From Eledone cirrhosa (Eukaryota), in contig OZ024741.1 of the NCBI GenBank assembly GCA_964016885.1, forward strand, positions 88,350,001 to 88,414,000: 64,000 nucleotides of DNA, given 5' to 3'. The translations under genes and the position numbers were made by a program. This document shows positions 57,311-64,000 of this stretch, in pieces. Under the pieces are notes generated by a model. That model did not search any database, was not told the origin of the DNA, and saw only the letters and a list, made by a program, of their open reading frames with translations. Every line of letters begins with the position of its first letter. Position 1 is the stretch's first letter.

Positions 57311-57525
57311 GGAATTCGAAGTTTGAAAGCCACAACAATGCAGGTTTGGACGGAGAATAATTAAATCATAAGAAACAGGGCTTATTTTTTTTTAACTGAA
57401 TTTACTCATATGTCCTGATATTTCGAGATTAATTATTCTCTGTCCAACTGTCCAAACCTGCATTGTCTTGGCTTCGAATTGCTTTATACCATATACAATG
57501 CTTCAAATAAACTACAAATTCCTTC
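57311..57525. repeat. TA-flanked fold-back element
   Basis: aagccacaacaatgcaggtttggacggagaataatt is inverted at about 57430-57480. Confidence 0.7.
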
Positions 57526-57540
57526 TATATATATATATAT

Positions 57541-60031
57541 ATCATCATCATCATCATCATCAACGTTTAACGTCCGTGTTCCACGCTTGCATGGGTTTGG
57601 ACGGGGCTTTTCCCACTTGAGGCAAGAGTGATTGTCTTGCTCGCATAGGACTGTCTGGCGGGTTTTCTACAGTTGGATGCCCTTCCTAACACCAACCACA
57701 TTTACAGTGTGGGTCTGGGAGGTTTTTACCGTGTTGCCTACACGGCCACATTACAGCGTGGACTGTGTGTTTTTTTGTCGTGACACCTACACGATCTCAT
57801 TTGTTTCGGCCTGGATGTTGTGGCACCAACATAACTTTACATAGAAGGGGGCGGTGTGGATGGGGTGGGGGGGGGGGGGGTGTATTTTGTTAGAGATGCC
57901 TACTGGCTGTAGTAGGTTTTACTATGTATTTAGGTAAGGCGGGTCTTCTCTAAGGTCTCGGTCCAGTGACATTGTCTTGGTGAGGTGTAAGTGTGTGAGG
58001 TCGGAGTTTATCAGCTCGTCCCAGGTTTTTCTGGGTCTGCCTATTCCGTGGCTACCGTCTATCTTTATTGCCCTACACTTTGTTATACAGCTATCGTCCT
58101 TCATGCGCATCACGTGACCATACCAACGTAGCCTTCTCTCTAGTAAACAACATCTGATCCCTCTTATTTCTAATTTTTTCCTTAGTTCGTTTATGCTTTG
58201 TCGTTCACGTATATTACTATTACACATCCAGCGGAGCATGCAAGCTTCGTTTCTCTCTAGTCTGCGTATATCCTCTGCACACAATGCCCAGGTCTCACTA
58301 CCATGCAACATTGCTGTTCGTATGCAGGCATCGTACAACCTGCCTTTCATTTTTAGGGAGAACCCTTTAGCGGCTAATAGTGGTATAAGCTCTCTGAACT
58401 TTTTCCACCCAGTTCTGACTCTAGCTACTGTACTTTCAGAGCACCCTCCCCCACTGCTGATTTTGTCACCCAGGTAACGGAAGCTGTCCACTATTTCTAT
58501 AGAACCCTCTGCGCAGTTGAAAGAGCTAGTATTTTGTGGGCACTTGCTGCTACTTATTGCCCCAGAACACCGGCCACATGTAAAATCTATGTTCTTAGTT
58601 AGCTTACTTGTGATCCCACTACATCTTTTATGCACCCAAACTTTGCATTTGGGACACAAAATGGAATTTCTACCTACGCCTTTCCTACACTCTGCGCATG
58701 GCCACTTCCCGGAGGGGACCGCCGCCTTATTTTCTTTCTTACAAACTAGAACTTTAGTCTTAGCCAGGTTAATTTTAAGGCCTTTTGATTCTAGGCCGTG
58801 CTTCCATGTTTGGAATTTCTTCTCTAGCTCGGCCATTGATTCAGCTATGAGCGTTAGATCATCTGCATATAGGAGTTCCCATGGGCAGCCGGTCTTGAAC
58901 TCCACTGTTATAGCCTGGAGGGCAATAATAAATAGTAGGGGGCTAAGAACAGAGCCCTGATGAACACCAACTTTTACACTAAACTCTTCACTATATTCGT
59001 TGTTAATTCTAACCTTGCTGACTGTTTCTTTATACATGGCTTGTATAGCTCTCACAAGCCATTCATCAACACCTAGTTTTCTAAGAGCCCACCAGATAAT
59101 GGAACGGGGGACTCTGTCGAAGGCCTTCTCCAAGTCGACGAAAGCTAAGTATAGGGGTTTACTTTTAGCTAGGTACTTCTCCTGTAGTTGTCGTACAAAG
59201 AAAAGAGCATCTGTGGTACTTTTTCCTGACACAAACCCGAACTGCATTTCATCTAGATCAATTCGCTCTCTGATTAGTTGCGCTATTACTTTTTCCGTGA
59301 CCTTCATGACCTGGTCGATTAATTTAATGCCTCTATAGTTACTCCTATCTAGGGCATCTCCTTTACCCTTATAACAGTTAACGATGATGCTGCTACGCCA
59401 GTCCTTCGGAACAACCCCATTCTGTATGACTTGGTTGACTATCCGGGTGACCATGGTGTGTCCCACCGTACCAGATGCCTTCAGCATCTCGGCAACTATT
59501 TCCGAAGGCCCAGCCGCCTTGCCCGTCTTCATATCTTTGATTGCCTTACTTATTATACTACCCTCGACTAACACTGCTGGTCCCTCTATTGGGTCGATGT
59601 GGGGGAGACTGTCTTTCTCCCATTTATTCTCCTCATTTAGTAGCCTTTCATAGTGACACTTCCAAGCTACCTTCTTATCGGCGTCGGTGATGGCAAGTAC
59701 GCCGTCATCGTTAAGTACACACTTCTCCCCGACAATATCACTGTTTTCCTTGACACATTGCCTAGCAATCCTGAACACCTCACGTTTTTGGTCCTCACGT
59801 TGTAGAACATGCTTGAACTTTCTTTCCTCTGCTTCCCTTCTTGCGAAGTACACTTGTCTCCTAGCTTCCCTCCTGGCCACTTGATAGTCTTCTCTGCTTC
59901 CCCCATCCCGCCATACTTTCCAAGCCTGCTTTTTGGCCTTAATTGACCCCTCCACCTTACTGTTCCACCACCATGTTAGTCTCCTCCTGCCTACAGGCCT
60001 GCTCCAGCCACAGACTTCGTCTGCCACCGTC
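57541..60031 (-). mobile_element. RTE LINE family B, young 5'-truncated copy with an open 703-aa RT+PHD frame (no APE domain)
   Basis: Uninterrupted ORF 57922-60033 with all RT motifs (KAAGP, NYRGI, QFGF, DLEKAFD, GVHQG, YADD, FRYLG) and a (tga)n tail. Confidence 0.96.
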
Positions 60032-60689
60032 AAATATATTTGTTACTTCAAACTCTTAACAATATTTTAAATATATTTGTTATTATTTCAAACTCTTAAT
60101 TCCCGCTCCTTAATATCTTCTCCCCCTCCACCACACTCTACAACATGCGGTCAAATCACCCCCCCCCCCCCTTCTCTCTCTCTACCCATATACATATATA
60201 AGACAAAGTAATTCGCTTTCGCCAAATCGGTGGCTGAATTTCATTCATGGTATAATGTAATGTACTCATTTTTCTACCTTTTCTAACATCCGCTTAATTC
60301 CATAGTCCTTCCAATAGCATTTTTTCTATCCTCTTTCCAATTCTTGTTTCACTAGCCATCCATCCTATTCCCTCCTGTATTTTCCAAAACAAATCTCTTG
60401 TATTTTTGTCATGCTTGTAAAATACGGAAGTTTTTGGCGTATTTTACTAAACAAATCTTGTATTTTTGTTTACGTTCGTTAAATAAGGGGATCTCACTTA
60501 AACCTATTCTTCTCGCTTTTAAATATATTTGTTACTTCAAACTCTTAACAATATTTTAAATATATTTGTTATTATTTCAAACTCTTAATTCCCGCTCCTT
60601 AATATCTTCTCCCCCTCCACCACACTCTACAACATGCGGTCAAATCACCCCCCCCTCTCTCTCTCTCTACCCATATACATATATATATA
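60032..60689. repeat. Near-identical direct repeats of about 169 bp (60032-60200, 60521-60689) enclosing a unique 320-bp core
   Basis: Direct comparison shows differences only in the C and CT runs. Confidence 0.9.
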
Positions 60690-60891
60690 GCTATCTCCCT
60701 GTCAATACACCTACCCCTTCCTGGCACAGGTGAATACCACCCCCAACCCAGCACTAATGACTAAACCATCCATGCCACCCCCACCTTCATCACTTCAGTG
60801 TTCTCACCATCCATCCCTGTCTCCCACTCATCACCTTGTCAAATCACACTTGCCATAACTTCATACTTATCTCCCTCCTAAGGTTGTTTGG

Positions 60892-62240
60892 GTGACCGTG
60901 TCTCGCTCATATAGGACTATCTGGCAGGTTTTCTACGGCTGGATGCCCTTCCTAACACCAACCACATTTACAGTGTGGAACTGGGAACTTTTTACCGTGT
61001 TACCTACACGGCCACAATACAGCGTGGACTGTGTGTTTTTTTCTCGTGACACCTACACGATCTCATTATCTCATTTATTTGGACTGGATGTTGTGGTACC
61101 AACTTTATAGAGAGAGGGTGGTGTTGGTGGGAGGAGAGAGTAGGGGTAGTGGATTGGGGTGTATATTTGGTTAAGAGGTACCTACTGACTGTAGGTTTCA
61201 CTTTGTACATAGGCAAGGCGGGTCTTCTGTATTACTGCGTAGCGCCAAAGATCTCGGTCCAGTGACATTGTCTTAGAGAGGTGCAAGTGTGTAAGGTCGG
61301 AATTTATCAGATCGTCCCAGGTTTTTATGGGTCTACCTACTCCGTAACTACCATCAATTTTGATCGCCCTGCACTTTTTTATACAGCTGTCGTCTTTCAT
61401 GCGCATCACGTGGCCATACCAACGTAGTCTTCTCTCGAGTAAACAGCATCTGATCCCTCTTATTCCTAATTTCTCACTTAGTTCATTTATGCTTTGCCGT
61501 TCACGTATATTACTATTACACATCCAACGGAGCATGCATGCTTCGTTCCTTTCCAGTCTACGCATGTCCTCTGCACGCAATGCCCATGTCTCACTGCCAT
61601 GTAGCATTGCTGTTCGTATACAAAAATCATACAATCTGCCTTTCATTTTTAGAGAGAAACCTTTTGAGGCCAACGGCGGTATAAGCTCTCTGAACTTTTT
61701 CCATCCCGTTCTGACTCTGGCTACTGTACTTTCAGAACACTCTCCACCACTGCTGATTTCGTCACCCAGGTAACGGAAAGTGTCTACTATTTCTATAGAA
61801 CCATCTGGGCAATAGAGGGGGCTAGTATCCTGTGGACACTTGCTACCTATTGCACCTGAGCATCGGCCACATATATCTACGTTCTTAGATAGTTTACCTG
61901 TGATCCCACTACATCTTTTATGTACCCATACTTTGCATTTGGGACATAAAATTGAATTTCTGCCTACTCTTTCCTACACACTGAGCAAGGCCATTTTCCT
62001 GAGGGTATCTGTGCCTTATTTTCCTTTCTACAAACTAGGACTTTAGTCTTAGACAAGTTAACTTTAAGGCCTTTTGATTCTAGGCCATGCTTCAATGTTT
62101 GGAATTTCTTTTCTAGTTCATCCATTGATTCAGCTATGAGCGTTAGATCATCTGCATATATGAGTTCCCATGGGCAGCCGGTCTTGAACTCCTCTGTTAT
62201 AGCCTGAAGGGCAATAATAAATAGGAGGGGGCTAAGGACA
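60892..62240 (-). mobile_element. RTE LINE family B copy (frameshifted, truncated at both ends)
   Basis: LSPLLF...YADD...WPCSVC...FRYLG...LRWYGHV, then the 3' UTR module. Confidence 0.93.
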
Positions 62241-62635
62241 GTACATGCTGTAAAGTGGTTGGAGATAGGAAGGGCATCCTGCCATAGAAAGCTTGTCAAA
62301 CAAAGGGTTGGGAGGACCCTTCAGTCATGTCAAGGACATGACAACCTCCCTAGTGTTGGTAATCTACACAATAAAGACACCCAGTGCATGCTGTAAAGTG
62401 GTTGGAGATAGGAAGGGCATCCTGCCATAGAAAGCTTGTCAAACAAAGGGTTGGGAGGACCCTTCAGTCATGTTAAGGACATGACAACCTCCCTAGTGTT
62501 GGTAATCTACACAATAAAGACACCCAGTGCATGCTGTAAAGTGGTTGGAGATAGGAAGGGCATCCTGCCATAGAAAGCTTGCTAAACAAGGGGTGGGAGG
62601 ACCCTCCAGTTGTGTCAAAGACATGACGATCTCCT
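62240..62635 (+). repeat. 143-bp head-to-tail tandem (about 2.7 units) of the SINE body
   Basis: catgctgtaaagtgg recurs at 62244, 62387 and 62530. Confidence 0.9.
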
Positions 62636-63369
62636 GTAGGTGAGATGTATAGTTCTTTGTTGGGGTCAAGATAGGAGCGTCCACCTCTTGGTCTGGGAGT
62701 ATTGATAAGATACTGCTAATCCTATCACCACCAGAAGCAACAGTTATAAGTGTGGACACAATAAGAAGTTCTTTGTTTCCTCATAACTTTCTTAATAATG
62801 CATATTTTTTAATGAAAGATATGCTTTTGTCAGTGTAGAGTTCAATTAATTATTTTAAGGAATTAATTAATTTTTTTGTTTTAGACTTTCATTATTGTAT
62901 ACTTTTATTCATTAATGTTTTCATTTGCTGCATACTTCCATTTGTAGTAGGCTAAACATAATCTGTGAATTTTTTTTCATTATGCCTTCCAATTTCATGT
63001 TAATAATTAATAATATCAATCAAAATAATGTCATAGATTTTATACAAGAATGTAATGCCTTTCTACAACTAAGAGTTGTGAAAGAAAAATATTTATTTTT
63101 TCTTAATTTCAACTTATTCGTATTCCACAACTTCATAAATGTATCAGTAGCATTTCCTTAAAAATATACTTTATTAAGAAATCTATGAAAAAACTGTAGT
63201 GATTTCTATATAAATATAACATATGTATGTACCATTATCATCATCACCGTTTTACATCTGTTTTGCATGCTAGCATGGGTTGGACAGTTTGTCATATTCT
63301 GTGACTAAGACAGGTCAGATGACCATGTCATGCTCATACAATCCATTTTGGCATAGTTTCTACAGCTGG

Positions 63370-63602
63370 ATCATCATCATCATTTTACGTCCGCTTTTCC
63401 CTGCTTGCAAGGGTGGGATGGGTCCTATTCAGCACAGCATCTCTCCACTTGTCACGGTCCTTCGGCATCTCCTCCGTGAGCTTCAGCGATCTGAGGTCCG
63501 CTCTAACCACCTCCATGTTTTTCCTGGTCTTCCTCTACTGCGTCTTCCTTCTGCTGGCATTTCTTGGCACTTCTTTACTCAGCGGTCATCCTCCATGCGC
63601 AT
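63370..63602 (-). mobile_element. RTE LINE family C 3' end, inserted in an older SINE (relic also at about 24130-24265)
   Basis: MRMEDDR.VKKCQ...GRRSRGRPGKTW / VVRADL...DRDKWRDAVLNRTHPTLASREKRT*, immediately followed by (tga)n. Confidence 0.8.
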
Positions 63603-64000
63603 GTGTTTCTTAATACCAACCACTTTACAGTGTGTACTGGGTGCATTGTATCGTAGTACCAGCACTACTATGGGAGTACTTAATGCATGAGGAGATGCAG
63701 AGCATGGATATAAAGATGTGTAAAATCCCAACCACAGTGCCAAGCAGTTTCAGCTTGTGTGTTTAGCAAGCCTTTTCAAGAGATTACTACATCCTTGAAA
63801 AGGCTTGCTGATACACAAGCCAAAACTGCTTGGCAGCACGGACGGGATTATACATATCTTTCTCTATATATATATATGTGTGAATATATATATATGTAGA
63901 TCCCAAGTAAAATTGTGAGTAACCACAGTTAAAAAAGGTACTCAATACATTAGTAGAGTGTAACATCATTATTTATTTTATTTATATATATACCCTTGCA

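Noticed and set aside
58193-59906. Antisense and alternate-frame ORFs over RTE copies (also 17326-18407, 35133-36645)
   Set aside because: They are shadow frames of RT coding sequence with no independent motifs.
60275-60289. Alternative mini first exon ATG TTA GAA AAG|gtagaa (minus)
   Set aside because: Weak donor, located inside a repeat-bounded segment, with no other support.

Overview
AT-rich, repeat-saturated eukaryotic DNA, probably from an octopod cephalopod. That assignment is inferred from the repeat landscape and not verified. Only one host coding exon is well supported: a 111-bp phase-0/phase-0 exon of an ANKRD29-like ankyrin gene (minus strand, 10420-10530). A speculative first coding exon lies at about 30851-30865, so much of the window is probably intron or upstream sequence. 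The rest is mobile DNA: RTE LINE families (two young families carry a C4HC3 PHD finger inserted inside the RT domain and an extra SINE-like 3' module), R4/Dong-type LINE relics, a Penelope-like element (RT + GIY-YIG + hammerhead), small TA-flanked hammerhead or fold-back elements, tRNA-derived SINEs, eight TTAA-CCC piggyBac-type MITEs and several tandem repeats. Most short ORFs in the track are spurious or TE-derived. All identities and alignments were judged by eye.
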